Source: a virus
Reading direction: 5' to 3' (one strand)
IMG/VR virus record: IMGVR_UViG_3300045988_172893
Coordinates: 1-41,532 of that record
Length of the DNA stretch: 41,532 nt
A model generated the notes under the pieces. The model did no database searches. It saw only the letters and a program-made list of their open reading frames with translations, and was not told where the DNA came from. The translations under genes and the position numbers were made by a program. The first letter of the stretch is position 1; each line of letters begins with the position of its first letter. Below are positions 1 through 8,702 of this stretch, in pieces.

Positions 1-119
1 TCAAATTGTGAAGATGACAGATACCTTGATGAGCTTGTTTTGAAACTGCAAGAATACTATGGCTTACACTCAAATAGGAAGCCCACAACGCTCATATCTT
101 TGGAAAAAATAAAAAAAGA
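1..119. repeat. Direct terminal repeat: 1-119 is identical to 41414-41532, consistent with assembly overlap of a circular or terminally redundant genome
   Basis: Exact match of the first 119 nt with the last 119 nt of the window. An ORF continues in frame across the junction. Confidence 0.85.
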
Positions 120-273
120 ATTAAAATCCAGAGGTATTTCCCTTGATAAAAGAATAATCTCAAGGGTTGCAAAAGAAATCGGAGTTAAATGGATTTTGTG
201 GGATACCACAGTATGCTTGTCTCGCGATGAGGCTAACAGGCTCATTAAGGAAATTTTAAGCAGAAAGGGTTAA
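1..273 (+). CDS. C-terminal part of the GIY-YIG-like nuclease ORF that begins at 41177 and wraps across the junction; the track's 40..273 ORF is its tail
   Basis: 41177 and 40 are in the same frame once the 119-bp overlap is removed. The N-terminal part carries the GIY-YIG motifs. Confidence 0.45.
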   Translation, partial: SNCEDDRYLDELVLKLQEYYGLHSNRKPTTLISLEKIKKELKSRGISLDKRIISRVAKEIGVKWILWDTTVCLSRDEANRLIKEILSRKG

Positions 274-275
274 AT

Positions 276-1130
276 ATGCCTACGATGGACTACGACACCG
301 ATTTAGGTTTTTATTCGCGAAGAGTAGCAGTAAAAGTAGGGCTTGCAGCGTCCGTTATTTACGCGCACATCTGCTATTGGATAAGAAAAAACAAAGCAAA
401 CGAAAAGCATTTCTACAACGGGAAATACTGGACTTATAACTCTATGAAGGCTTTTGCCAGCTATTTCCCTGAACTCACCGAAAAACAAGTCAGAACCGCA
501 TTAGAGAAACTCATTCAAGCGAATTTAATTGAATCGGCAAATTTCAACAAAACAGGGTACGACAGAACACTATGGTACAGCCTCAAAGAGGAAAATGAAG
601 ATTATCAAATCGATATGCCAAAAAACGAACTTCCATTTGCCCAAAAAGGCACACCTATACCAAATATAAACCAAACAGATAAACAGAGTGTAAAGAAAGA
701 AAATATAAAAAAGAAAGAAAGCCTTGAGCTTCCTCTTGGGGAGATGGAAACAAACGCCAAGACACAAGAGAAACCCCAAGCAAAATCCGAACTCGATGAA
801 CAGGCTGCCAAGATTTACGAACTCTATCCGAGAAAGGCTGCTCGCCCAGACGCGATAAAAGCCATTAAAAAGGCTTTAAAGGTCGAGGGGTATACCGACC
901 TATATGCCAAGACCCAAAAATACGCTACAGCGGTAAAAGAATCGCAAAAAGAGCTATCCTACATTCCCTACCCAGCGACTTGGTTCAATCGAGAGGAATA
1001 CAACGACGACTGGAGTGGGATTTATCAAACCTCACCTCGAAACAGAAGACTAAGGGTAAACATCAACGAACAGCACTACGACAGAACTCCATACATTAAC
1101 CCTGACGATCCTGACGACATACCATTTTAA
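276..1130 (+). CDS. Replication initiation / replisome-organizer protein (DnaD-like N-terminal winged helix) with an SSB-like acidic C-terminal tail (...NPDDPDDIPF)
   Basis: The N-terminal ~110 aa (ICYWIRKN...YWTYNSMKAFASYFPELTEKQVRTALEKLIQANLIE) resembles phage replisome-organizer N-domains. ATG with an AAAGGG RBS. Sits next to the helicase loader. Confidence 0.5.
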   Translation: MPTMDYDTDLGFYSRRVAVKVGLAASVIYAHICYWIRKNKANEKHFYNGKYWTYNSMKAFASYFPELTEKQVRTALEKLIQANLIESANFNKTGYDRTLWYSLKEENEDYQIDMPKNELPFAQKGTPIPNINQTDKQSVKKENIKKKESLELPLGEMETNAKTQEKPQAKSELDEQAAKIYELYPRKAARPDAIKAIKKALKVEGYTDLYAKTQKYATAVKESQKELSYIPYPATWFNREEYNDDWSGIYQTSPRNRRLRVNINEQHYDRTPYINPDDPDDIPF

Positions 1131-1155
1131 CTTTAACCACTGAAAGGAAACAACC

Positions 1156-1416
1156 ATGGAACAAAGACATTATTGGCTACACATCATTGACGGCATCGAC
1201 GAAGAATGGATGTTGTTTCTATCCAAAGCAGAAAACAGCCCAAGCACTGGGACATTGCGAAAAACCGACAGAAAATTTCCGAAAAATCGGAATGAATGGA
1301 AGTTTAAAATTATGGGGTATGGCACAGCCATAACCTGCATGATTTCTTGCGAAACCAAGAGAGCCGCCATGTCGAAATGCGTTAAAATACTCAAAGCTTT
1401 GAACAAAATAGAATAA
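1156..1416 (+). CDS. Hypothetical protein (86 aa)
   Basis: ORF with GGAAA RBS, in an operon with the replication genes. Confidence 0.4.
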   Translation: MEQRHYWLHIIDGIDEEWMLFLSKAENSPSTGTLRKTDRKFPKNRNEWKFKIMGYGTAITCMISCETKRAAMSKCVKILKALNKIE

Positions 1417-1430
1417 AGGAAGGAAACAAA

Positions 1431-2075
1431 ATGAAACTAATCGAACCATCGGCAACTCTCATTGCCAAGACTCAACTCATCGGGGACAATTCTCCTGAAT
1501 CCCCAATGAAGCTCATTGAGCAAGCGGGAAGAACCTGCTACAAGTCTGAATCCAAGACCACTGAGGGCTCTTGGAACTACTTTGTCCATATGATAAAAAC
1601 CAAAGGGCACGAATCCGTATTGGAACACGTCTCAGCCACAATCAGAATCATCTGCGACAGGGGCGTTTCCCACGAACTCGTACGTCATAGGATTGCATCA
1701 TTTTCCCAAGAAAGCACTCGCTATTGCAACTACTCTCCCGATAAAAAGGGACTCATCTTTGTGAAGCCTTTCTGGTATTCACAGCCCGATGTTAATCCTG
1801 ACAAGATTGCACACTTTGAAAGCGCGCTTCTTCTCGCGGAGGCTTCTTACAACAAACTTCTTACGCTCGGCTCAACTCCTCAGGAAGCCAGAGCGGTTCT
1901 CCCGAATGCGCTCAAAACAGAAATCGTAGCAACGATGAATCTTAGAAGCTGGAAGCATTTCCTCGAGCTTAGACTATCTCACCAAGCTCACCCAGATATG
2001 CAAAAAGTCGCGCAACTGGTTCAAGCATTGCTCACCTATCACTTCCCCGCTATTTTCGACAATGAGGACAAATAA
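1431..2075 (+). CDS. thyX: Flavin-dependent thymidylate synthase ThyX
   Basis: ThyX signature RHRx7S is present (VRHRIASFSQES). Length 214 aa is typical. Good AGGAAACAAAATG RBS. Confidence 0.8.
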   Translation: MKLIEPSATLIAKTQLIGDNSPESPMKLIEQAGRTCYKSESKTTEGSWNYFVHMIKTKGHESVLEHVSATIRIICDRGVSHELVRHRIASFSQESTRYCNYSPDKKGLIFVKPFWYSQPDVNPDKIAHFESALLLAEASYNKLLTLGSTPQEARAVLPNALKTEIVATMNLRSWKHFLELRLSHQAHPDMQKVAQLVQALLTYHFPAIFDNEDK

Positions 2076-2078
2076 AAA

Positions 2079-2861
2079 ATGGAACAATCCGAAAGCCAAC
2101 CAAAGTCTATTGATAGCATACCTTTTTCTCTCGAAGAAAGTCTTGCTCAATTCGAGCAAATCGAAGACCAAATAAGGGTTTGCTCGAATTGCGGTAGACC
2201 TCTTGGCGCGAACGCCATTAAATACGTCAATGGAATGGGTTTCTGCAACAAGGCTTGTGAAAAGGCTTACCTCAACAAAGAAACCTATGGCGTACAAATC
2301 CACGACGCAATCGAAGCCAGTATTCCTCCAATTTACCGCAATACTGACGAAGCCAGACTAAGGCAGAACTTGGTGAATCCCGATGTTCTCGACAAGGTTC
2401 TATCTTGGAAGATGGGTGCAAAAGGAATGGCGATAATCGGAAGGACAGGTTGCGGGAAAACAAGAGCGATTGCATTGCTCCTAAAACGCCTAATTTCGGT
2501 CGATTTAGTAGGAGTAAACACTTCGTTGATGGTTTACTATGCTGGAGAGCTTGAAAGGGCTATTATGGGCAGTTTTGCAAACAAGGCGAAGTCCTATGAT
2601 GATTTAATGCGCAAGCTCGAGACTTGCGGGTTGCTCGTCATTGATGACTTCGGCAAAGAAAAGTTCACTGAGAGATATGAAGTTTCCGTTTTTCAGATAT
2701 TCGAGAAGCGAGCGGCAAACCTAAAGCCGACGATTTTTACAACAAACTACAAAGGAGAAACGCTCAAGGCGAGATTCTCCGACCAAAACAACTATGAACC
2801 ATTCAGCCGTCGGCTCAACGAATTTTGCGACAGAGTGGTTTTTACAAGAAAGGAAAGATAG
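2079..2861 (+). CDS. DnaC/IstB-like AAA+ ATPase, helicase loader
   Basis: Walker A GRTGCGKT and Walker B LLVIDDFG. N-terminal Cys-rich zinc-finger-like CSNCG...CNKAC. Confidence 0.75.
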   Translation: MEQSESQPKSIDSIPFSLEESLAQFEQIEDQIRVCSNCGRPLGANAIKYVNGMGFCNKACEKAYLNKETYGVQIHDAIEASIPPIYRNTDEARLRQNLVNPDVLDKVLSWKMGAKGMAIIGRTGCGKTRAIALLLKRLISVDLVGVNTSLMVYYAGELERAIMGSFANKAKSYDDLMRKLETCGLLVIDDFGKEKFTERYEVSVFQIFEKRAANLKPTIFTTNYKGETLKARFSDQNNYEPFSRRLNEFCDRVVFTRKER

Positions 2862-2863
2862 TA

Positions 2864-3394
2864 ATGATAACGATTGAAACAAAAGAGGGAAATGTTAAGG
2901 TAGACAAAAATAATATTTACCTTATATCCTCAGGACTGCCGTGGGAGTTTGGTTCTATTATTATGCTCAAACAGGGTGAAGACATTTTTTCCACGTCTCC
3001 TATATGCAGTGTGAAAGCGACGTTAGAGAGTAGGCAGGGAATTTATCTTAAGGACATATCTACTCCTTGGGGTACGACTTTTCTCGTTCACACAAAGCCG
3101 TTCTCCCAGCTCGGAAAAAAAATTACACCTAAGGGATTTGTTCCACATGGAACAATGGGTTCAGAAAACAGGGTAGAACACCCCAATTATTACAAGCTCT
3201 CCAATGGCATTGAGGTGTTGGACATTGTTCGAGACTTACCTTTCAACATTGGAAACGTAGTGAAGTATGTTATCCGAGCTGGAAAGAAAAAAGAAGCGGG
3301 ACTATCCGACAAGCAAAAACAAATTGAAGACCTCGAGAAAGCAAAGTTTTACCTCGAAGACGCAATCAAGCAGTTGGAGGATAACAACAAGTGA
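2864..3394 (+). CDS. DUF3310-like phage protein
   Basis: C-terminal EHPNYYK...IEVLDIV...GNVVKYVIRAGKK...DLEKAKFYL matches the DUF3310 pattern. The ATG at 2864 has an AAGGAAAG RBS; the track's 2825 start is TTG. Confidence 0.45.
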   Translation: MITIETKEGNVKVDKNNIYLISSGLPWEFGSIIMLKQGEDIFSTSPICSVKATLESRQGIYLKDISTPWGTTFLVHTKPFSQLGKKITPKGFVPHGTMGSENRVEHPNYYKLSNGIEVLDIVRDLPFNIGNVVKYVIRAGKKKEAGLSDKQKQIEDLEKAKFYLEDAIKQLEDNNK

Positions 3395-3504
3395 ATATGA
3401 ATCAAGTTTTTTACCTCCATTAAAAAAATCTTAAAAAAAGCCTTGACAAATGAAAACAATGTGCGAAGATAGGTGCACAAACTCAAACAAGAAAGAAATA
3501 AAAT

Positions 3505-3729
3505 ATGAACAAAGAAAACAAATCAAAGAGCAACGTTGCGTCTGCTGTTAAGGCACGCGTAATAAAATATCCGTTCGTGGAAATAGAAGATTCCATTCTG
3601 AATCTCAACTATGTTCAGACGGCATATCCCGACAACAAGGGAACGTGTGTTCTTATAGGAGAAACAAACTCGGAAGCCCACTACGACATTTCCTACACAG
3701 ATTTCAAAAAACTCATAAGAAAGGCATAA
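3505..3729 (+). CDS. Hypothetical protein (74 aa)
   Basis: ORF preceded by a candidate promoter and RBS. Confidence 0.4.
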   Translation: MNKENKSKSNVASAVKARVIKYPFVEIEDSILNLNYVQTAYPDNKGTCVLIGETNSEAHYDISYTDFKKLIRKA

Positions 3730-3731
3730 AT

Positions 3732-3911
3732 ATGAACAAAGAATACAACGCGTACGAAGAACAAAAAGAAGAACTCGAAACTGAAATCGAAAGGCTAAAG
3801 TGGGAAATAGAATCTCTCCAAAGGGATTTAGCCCACGCAGAAAACCAACTCGAAAATTTGATTTATACCGCTCGAGATGGATACCAAGTCCAAAAAGAAA
3901 GAGATATTTAA
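3732..3911 (+). CDS. Small coiled-coil protein (59 aa)
   Basis: ATG 3 nt after the previous stop. Heptad-like EELETEIERLKWEIESLQRDL. Confidence 0.35.
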   Translation: MNKEYNAYEEQKEELETEIERLKWEIESLQRDLAHAENQLENLIYTARDGYQVQKERDI

Positions 3912-3925
3912 GAAAGGATAGAAAT

Positions 3926-4420
3926 ATGACAAAGAAACTTGTAATCAGGTTTGTGAAGCTTGAAAAAGCACTTGCGGCGCAACAACTCGAAGTCAAGGGG
4001 CAGTTCGAGGCATCCAAACACATAATTCTCACTAAATACGGAGTAGATTTTTCACGCGAAGCCGTATACATTTCCCCTGTAAACGCAGAGGAAATGTACG
4101 CTATAGGTAGCGAATATTTTAAAACCAATAACGAGCGCGACGAATATCTCGAAAATGTTATCAAGTGGATTTCGGAGGAGCAGTTTAGCGGAAGTGGCAA
4201 GCTGGAAATCGGAAAGGAATGCGAATTTTCCGACAATGGGGTAGACTGGTATTCTGGGCATTTTGGAGGCAAGTGCGCGAAAGAACTCGGAGAACCTCGT
4301 TTTTTGGCAGCAGGTTCAAACATATTGGTTCGATTCAAAAATGCCCGACCCATTGCTGGTTGCGTGTGTCCGAAAATCGACGGCGACGTTTACACTTGGG
4401 AAATGGAGGTCGCTGAATGA
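3926..4420 (+). CDS. Hypothetical protein (164 aa)
   Basis: Internal ATG of track ORF 3800..4420, with an AAAGGATAGAAAT RBS. Confidence 0.45.
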   Translation: MTKKLVIRFVKLEKALAAQQLEVKGQFEASKHIILTKYGVDFSREAVYISPVNAEEMYAIGSEYFKTNNERDEYLENVIKWISEEQFSGSGKLEIGKECEFSDNGVDWYSGHFGGKCAKELGEPRFLAAGSNILVRFKNARPIAGCVCPKIDGDVYTWEMEVAE

Positions 4421-4665
4421 AATATGAGTCTTACAGGATTATGCCGCTTAGCGAAGAATGTCCGTTCTACTTCAAGGTCGTCACGGACGACGCTGCAACT
4501 GAAATTTATTTTGTACGGCGCGAAGGCGACGAAGTGAAAGGTTCAATGTTGCTTTGGAGTGGAGAACCGAAGACGAGAAAACAAGCGCAGGTTATTATTT
4601 GCAGGTGGTGTGCATATATGAACGAACAATGCTGGAGTTTGGAGGAAGCAGGCGATGAACAATGA
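4417..4665 (+). CDS. Hypothetical protein (82 aa)
   Basis: ATGA overlap with the upstream gene. Confidence 0.4.
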   Translation: MKYESYRIMPLSEECPFYFKVVTDDAATEIYFVRREGDEVKGSMLLWSGEPKTRKQAQVIICRWCAYMNEQCWSLEEAGDEQ

Positions 4666-4948
4666 ACTAAAACCGTGCCCGTTTTGTGGCGGAGAAGCCC
4701 GACTTATCGGGCATTCCCCTTACTCTATCACCTGTTGTAAATGCAGGGCGACAACCGTTATTTGCGATACGCCCGAAAAAGCTATCAACGAGTGGAACAG
4801 ACGCGTTCAACCGACGTTTACGCCCGATGAACTCGACGCAATCCGCCGAATGTTCCGCGACCGCTACCCGCGTGCCCACGAATTACCTGAGATTGAACAA
4901 AGCATTATCCGCAAGTGCAATTACGCATTGGCAAGGAGGGAGCAATGA
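4655..4948 (+). CDS. lar: Lar-family restriction alleviation protein (zinc ribbon)
   Basis: LKPCPFCGGEA...CxC...AINEWNRR matches the Lar (Rac prophage) family signature. Confidence 0.6.
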   Translation: MNNELKPCPFCGGEARLIGHSPYSITCCKCRATTVICDTPEKAINEWNRRVQPTFTPDELDAIRRMFRDRYPRAHELPEIEQSIIRKCNYALARREQ

Positions 4949-5193
4949 AAAAACCGAGCCTTAAAACCGAATACGAGCTAATATCTCACAATGGCACGGA
5001 TTTCGTCTACGCAAAGTTAATCCCGTGTTATCCAAACGATGCACTGGGGCGTATTGTAAACCTAACCCAAAAGGAGATGGCTTTCATAACAATGGCGATG
5101 GATTCGATAGACCTAAGTCAATCCTCAAATGACATAGAAGAGCTTAGAAACAAAATCAAAAGCAAACTAAAAGGAACATATGCGTATGAATAA
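4945..5193 (+). CDS. Hypothetical protein (82 aa)
   Basis: ATG with a GGAGGG RBS, internal to track ORF 4915..5193. Confidence 0.4.
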   Translation: MKKPSLKTEYELISHNGTDFVYAKLIPCYPNDALGRIVNLTQKEMAFITMAMDSIDLSQSSNDIEELRNKIKSKLKGTYAYE

Positions 5194-5344
5194 TCAAACT
5201 AAAGCAAAGCGAGGAAGAAGACCTCTTCCCGAATCTGAGAGAAAAATAGAAATAAAAGTCTGGGTAAAACCAGCGAACAAACAAAAAGTAAAAGATTTCG
5301 CAATCAAACTCGAAGAAAAAACAACGAACAAAGGAGCTGAATAA
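5180..5344 (+). CDS. Small basic protein (54 aa; RGRRPLPESERK...), possible DNA-binding regulator
   Basis: Unlisted ORF (<60 aa) filling the gap between 5193 and 5347. Start overlaps the previous stop. Confidence 0.3.
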   Translation: MRMNNQTKAKRGRRPLPESERKIEIKVWVKPANKQKVKDFAIKLEEKTTNKGAE

Positions 5345-5346
5345 CA

Positions 5347-6063
5347 ATGAAAAAGAATGCGACAACAAAAACAAAGAAGGACACCAAAAACACGGGTAAA
5401 GTTCCATCTAAGAAAGTAGTGGTTTCCAATACTCAAAAGACAACAAAGGCAAAGCCATCTGCAATCTCCACATCCAAGTGCACGGGTACTAAAATACAGA
5501 ACACCTCTAAAACCGCCAAAAACACCCCTAAAAAAGCACGGGAACGCGTAACGGTATCCAACTATCAGAAGCTCGCAATGAGAACGTGCCTACCTCAGTG
5601 CAAGTGCTTGGAATATGCAATTCCAGAATTGCTTTCCGAATGGCACGAAGCCCTTGCCAAAATTGAAGGAACAAGAGCAAAGCTTGTCAGAATGGACGCA
5701 AATTCTATGCCCAGCAAGTCCCTTCAAGAATGGCTCGACGGCAAGCGCAATGAAATTAAGGAAGAATTGGGCGACATATTCTGGTCTTTGGCTCTCGTCT
5801 GCGAACTCAAAAAGGAGAGTTTTTCAGATACTTTTAGAAATACAAATCCCACAAGAGTTGACGGATTCCGACTTCCTTTCTGGTTCTTCCCCGAAAGAGA
5901 CGGAAACGAGTTGTTCATAGATGTAAGCACACAAATAAGTACCCTCAAACGCATATGTCAATGCCTAATGATTAAAGCTTCCGATTGTCTTGAAGCGAAT
6001 ATCAGAAAGCTCGCCAAGAGACAGGCGGAAGGTAAGATTCAGGGCGACGGAGACGAAAGGTAA
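5347..6063 (+). CDS. MazG-like nucleoside triphosphate pyrophosphohydrolase with a ~70-aa Lys/Thr-rich disordered N-terminal tail
   Basis: EExxE-like LSEWHEAL and EIKEELGDIFWSLALVCE match the all-alpha NTP-PPase (MazG) core. The N-terminal KKNATTKTKKDTKNTGK... resembles histone H1. Confidence 0.55.
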   Translation: MKKNATTKTKKDTKNTGKVPSKKVVVSNTQKTTKAKPSAISTSKCTGTKIQNTSKTAKNTPKKARERVTVSNYQKLAMRTCLPQCKCLEYAIPELLSEWHEALAKIEGTRAKLVRMDANSMPSKSLQEWLDGKRNEIKEELGDIFWSLALVCELKKESFSDTFRNTNPTRVDGFRLPFWFFPERDGNELFIDVSTQISTLKRICQCLMIKASDCLEANIRKLAKRQAEGKIQGDGDER

Positions 6064-6066
6064 ATA

Positions 6067-6489
6067 ATGGACGAAGATATGCAAAAAATAGGTTGTTTGG
6101 GCGCGTTAATCGTCTTGGCGGCTCTCCCCGTTGTCTTGTGGGGATTACCCCAATACAACGTATGGGCGGCTGAATTAAGTGGACGAGCGGAACTTCGCAA
6201 AGCCGAGCAAAATCGACAAATTGCAGTTGAAGAAGCTAAAGCACAAAAGGAATCCGCCCAATGCCTTGCTGACGCGGAAATAATCCGCGCGGAAGGTGTA
6301 GCAAAGGCCAACAAAATCATCGGAGATTCACTTAAGGGTAATGAAGCTTACTTGCGCTATCTCTGGATAAATGGACTTAATGACAATCAACAGAATGTTA
6401 TTTATGTTCCCACAGAAGCTGGATTGCCGATTTTGGAGGCGGGAAAACGCGACACCCGTATCCAAAATAATAAGACATCTGTGAATTAA
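6067..6489 (+). CDS. Membrane-anchored protein with SPFH/band-7 (HflC-like) C-terminal similarity
   Basis: N-terminal TM helix followed by AEIIRAEGVAKANKIIGDSL...NEAYLRYLWI, reminiscent of HflK/C. Confidence 0.35.
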   Translation: MDEDMQKIGCLGALIVLAALPVVLWGLPQYNVWAAELSGRAELRKAEQNRQIAVEEAKAQKESAQCLADAEIIRAEGVAKANKIIGDSLKGNEAYLRYLWINGLNDNQQNVIYVPTEAGLPILEAGKRDTRIQNNKTSVN

Positions 6490-6560
6490 CAAAATGAAAT
6501 AACAAGTGTCTTATGGATAAAAACATAAGGCACTTCAACAAAACACCGTGAAATAAAAAA

Positions 6561-6911
6561 ATGAGCACTGAAATACTAATAACAGGATACATCACCAGCA
6601 TTATTGCGTATGTTGTGTGGTACAATTACATAATGGCTGAACAGGCAAAACTTGGAACACTTCCAAAGGCAAAGGATATTATTCTCTTTTATTTGGAACT
6701 ACCGCTCGCACCTATCATTATATTGCTGTCTCCGATGTTGTCTTTCATTGGAAGTAAGTTAATTGAAGATAAAACAAAACAAAACAAGACGTGCCTTCCA
6801 ACTCAGGACTTTCCAAAAGAAGAGTGTGGGAATCTTCATATAGATGAGTTCGGATTGAATCGAAAGATAATTTTTATAAACCCAAATGAAAAACAGCAAG
6901 AAAAGGAATAA
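6561..6911 (+). CDS. Membrane protein (2-3 TM helices)
   Basis: Hydrophobic segments ITGYITSIIAYVVWY and LELPLAPIIILLSPMLSFIG. Confidence 0.4.
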   Translation: MSTEILITGYITSIIAYVVWYNYIMAEQAKLGTLPKAKDIILFYLELPLAPIIILLSPMLSFIGSKLIEDKTKQNKTCLPTQDFPKEECGNLHIDEFGLNRKIIFINPNEKQQEKE

Positions 6912-6916
6912 ATAAT

Positions 6917-7381
6917 ATGGCAAAAGTAGATATTGAAATAGTAGAAGCAGCACTTAAGTTAGAGGATTTAGACTCTCAAAAGCGTTCCCAAATTATGAAT
7001 CGAATCAAGAGCGAATCGTATGCAATTAAATCCGACAAGGAGAAAGAGCCTACAGTGAAGAAGCAATTTGTAATCGTTGTAAACGACCCGTACGGGAAGA
7101 TTGCTGAAACGGGTATGGATTTCTCTGGTTGGGTAGTTCAAATCCCTGAGGATGATGCTCCTAAAACGGCGATAGCCAAAATCAACCAAGCGGCGTCTGA
7201 TTTTAATTTAACCCCTAAGGGTAGAAAAATGCCCTTAAAAACAGTTGCAGATTTTTTTGAGTTCGGCTCTCCGAAAATCAACAAAGAAAGCAAGCTGTGG
7301 GCAAAAACTAAAGAACCCGTGCTTGTTTGCTTGACAAATGGGAAAATAGAAAAATCTTATGGAGATACTGCTGACGCCTAA
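6917..7381 (+). CDS. Hypothetical protein (154 aa)
   Basis: ORF with RBS, followed by a terminator-like hairpin. Confidence 0.45.
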   Translation: MAKVDIEIVEAALKLEDLDSQKRSQIMNRIKSESYAIKSDKEKEPTVKKQFVIVVNDPYGKIAETGMDFSGWVVQIPEDDAPKTAIAKINQAASDFNLTPKGRKMPLKTVADFFEFGSPKINKESKLWAKTKEPVLVCLTNGKIEKSYGDTADA

Positions 7382-7421
7382 TAGGTAGTGTCTTAAGCAA
7401 ATTAGGAAGAACGAAAGTTCG

Positions 7422-7480
7422 GGAGATAGGCGACGGGAAATCTCGTTGCAACCTTGCAAGGCTATCTCCTTTTACTTTTT
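7422..7480 (+). terminator. Hairpin (GGAGATAG ... CTATCTCC) enclosing a perfect 10-bp palindrome CCTTGCAAGG, followed by TTTTACTTTTT
   Basis: Read by eye. 8-bp stem with a structured loop, then a T-tract, downstream of the 6917..7381 stop. Confidence 0.4.
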
Positions 7481-7506
7481 AAAACAAAATACGGAGCGAC
7501 AAAAGA

Positions 7507-7782
7507 ATGAAGAGCCAAACAATTACCCGTGGAGTTATTCACGCAACAAAAGAGCCTTGTGCTATATGCGGAGGACACGCGATGTATCAGGAATGGGCTG
7601 AACCCGATAACACGGGAAGGCTTAAAAGATATGGAATGATTTTCTGCCAAGAGTGTAGCAATCAAACCAAGATTCACTCGGAGAGAACAGCGCAAGAAAC
7701 CAAGTTCGAGTGTGAATACGAATGGAAGGCAAGAAACTCATTTTTCAAGGACAAGAAAAACAATGAAGCTAAATCACTATGA
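7507..7782 (+). CDS. Zinc-ribbon protein (CAICGG...CQEC)
   Basis: Two CxxC pairs. Confidence 0.4.
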   Translation: MKSQTITRGVIHATKEPCAICGGHAMYQEWAEPDNTGRLKRYGMIFCQECSNQTKIHSERTAQETKFECEYEWKARNSFFKDKKNNEAKSL

Positions 7783-8008
7783 GGCGTGGATATGGTGGTA
7801 TGCCTTCGCACCAACCGATACTACTCCTAAAGTATTTTCCGACTATTTAGCTTCGCTAAAGCAGGGGAAAATGGAGTTCTTCGGGGAGGTTATGGACAAT
7901 GGAATGTACGAAGTTCCTAACGAAGATTTAACCAAATCATACATTGATTGGCTAAAACACAAGCGCGAAGATGATAAACGAATCCGAGAATCAAAAGGAG
8001 CATCATAG
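7763..8008 (+). CDS. Hypothetical protein (81 aa)
   Basis: Internal ATG of track ORF 7712..8008, overlapping the upstream gene. Confidence 0.35.
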   Translation: MKLNHYEAWIWWYAFAPTDTTPKVFSDYLASLKQGKMEFFGEVMDNGMYEVPNEDLTKSYIDWLKHKREDDKRIRESKGAS

Positions 8009-8009
8009 A

Positions 8010-8198
8010 ATGAAGCAAACAAAGACCGCTACGATTGCTTTTAATAAACCCAAGAAGAAAATCCCTAACAAAATATATCCTTTCAAGGACAAGGCTTCTG
8101 TTTTTGTCAGAAATCCTAAAAAATATAAAAAAAATGTTCTTGACGTACCCGTGTGGATTCGTATCGTAAGGGTATTCAAAAAGAGATTTAGAAGCTAA
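8010..8198 (+). CDS. Small basic protein (62 aa)
   Basis: ATG directly after the previous stop. K/R-rich. Confidence 0.3.
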   Translation: MKQTKTATIAFNKPKKKIPNKIYPFKDKASVFVRNPKKYKKNVLDVPVWIRIVRVFKKRFRS

Positions 8199-8596
8199 TG
8201 GAAGAGTTGATTGTACAGTTGGAGTTGATTCGCATAACCGCAAAGCAACTTCACTATTCCGAAAAGGGTGATTGTTTCTACAGTAATCATCTTTTGATGG
8301 ATAGAATCGCCAAAGATATGTACGATTTCGAGGACTCCATAATTGAATCCATTATAATGGCTGAAACAGGGGAAGCTCCTGAACTTGCAAGTATCTATTC
8401 CGAAATAGCCTCTAAAACCTTCAAAACACCCTCTAAAAACGATTTGCTCGAGCTAATAAGGAAGACTATATACCTTGTTGAGGAAAAGGCAAACAAAGAC
8501 CGTTTTCAAGGGGATTTTGATTTACTCGGAAGAATTTCTAACAACCTTCGCCAATCTTTCGCTCTGTTGAGCAGAGTTCTAATGAAAGGCGAATAA
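8198..8596 (+). CDS. Hypothetical protein (132 aa), last gene of the (+) arm
   Basis: ATGA overlap with the upstream gene. Confidence 0.45.
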   Translation: MEELIVQLELIRITAKQLHYSEKGDCFYSNHLLMDRIAKDMYDFEDSIIESIIMAETGEAPELASIYSEIASKTFKTPSKNDLLELIRKTIYLVEEKANKDRFQGDFDLLGRISNNLRQSFALLSRVLMKGE

Positions 8597-8702
8597 AATC
8601 AAACCTTTGTTCTTTTGTTCATATATAGTTGAGTGAGTATAGTTGCGGTTGAAGTATTCGGTTGGCTTACACTTTCTACAATCGAGCTTTGTAAAACAAT
8701 AA

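Noticed and set aside
57-245. 62-aa (-)-strand ORF inside the wrap-around GIY-YIG-like gene, and similar short opposite-strand ORFs (303..488, 570..811, 1170..1455, 2272..2521, etc.)
   Set aside because: Embedded in better-supported sense ORFs. No RBS and low-complexity composition.
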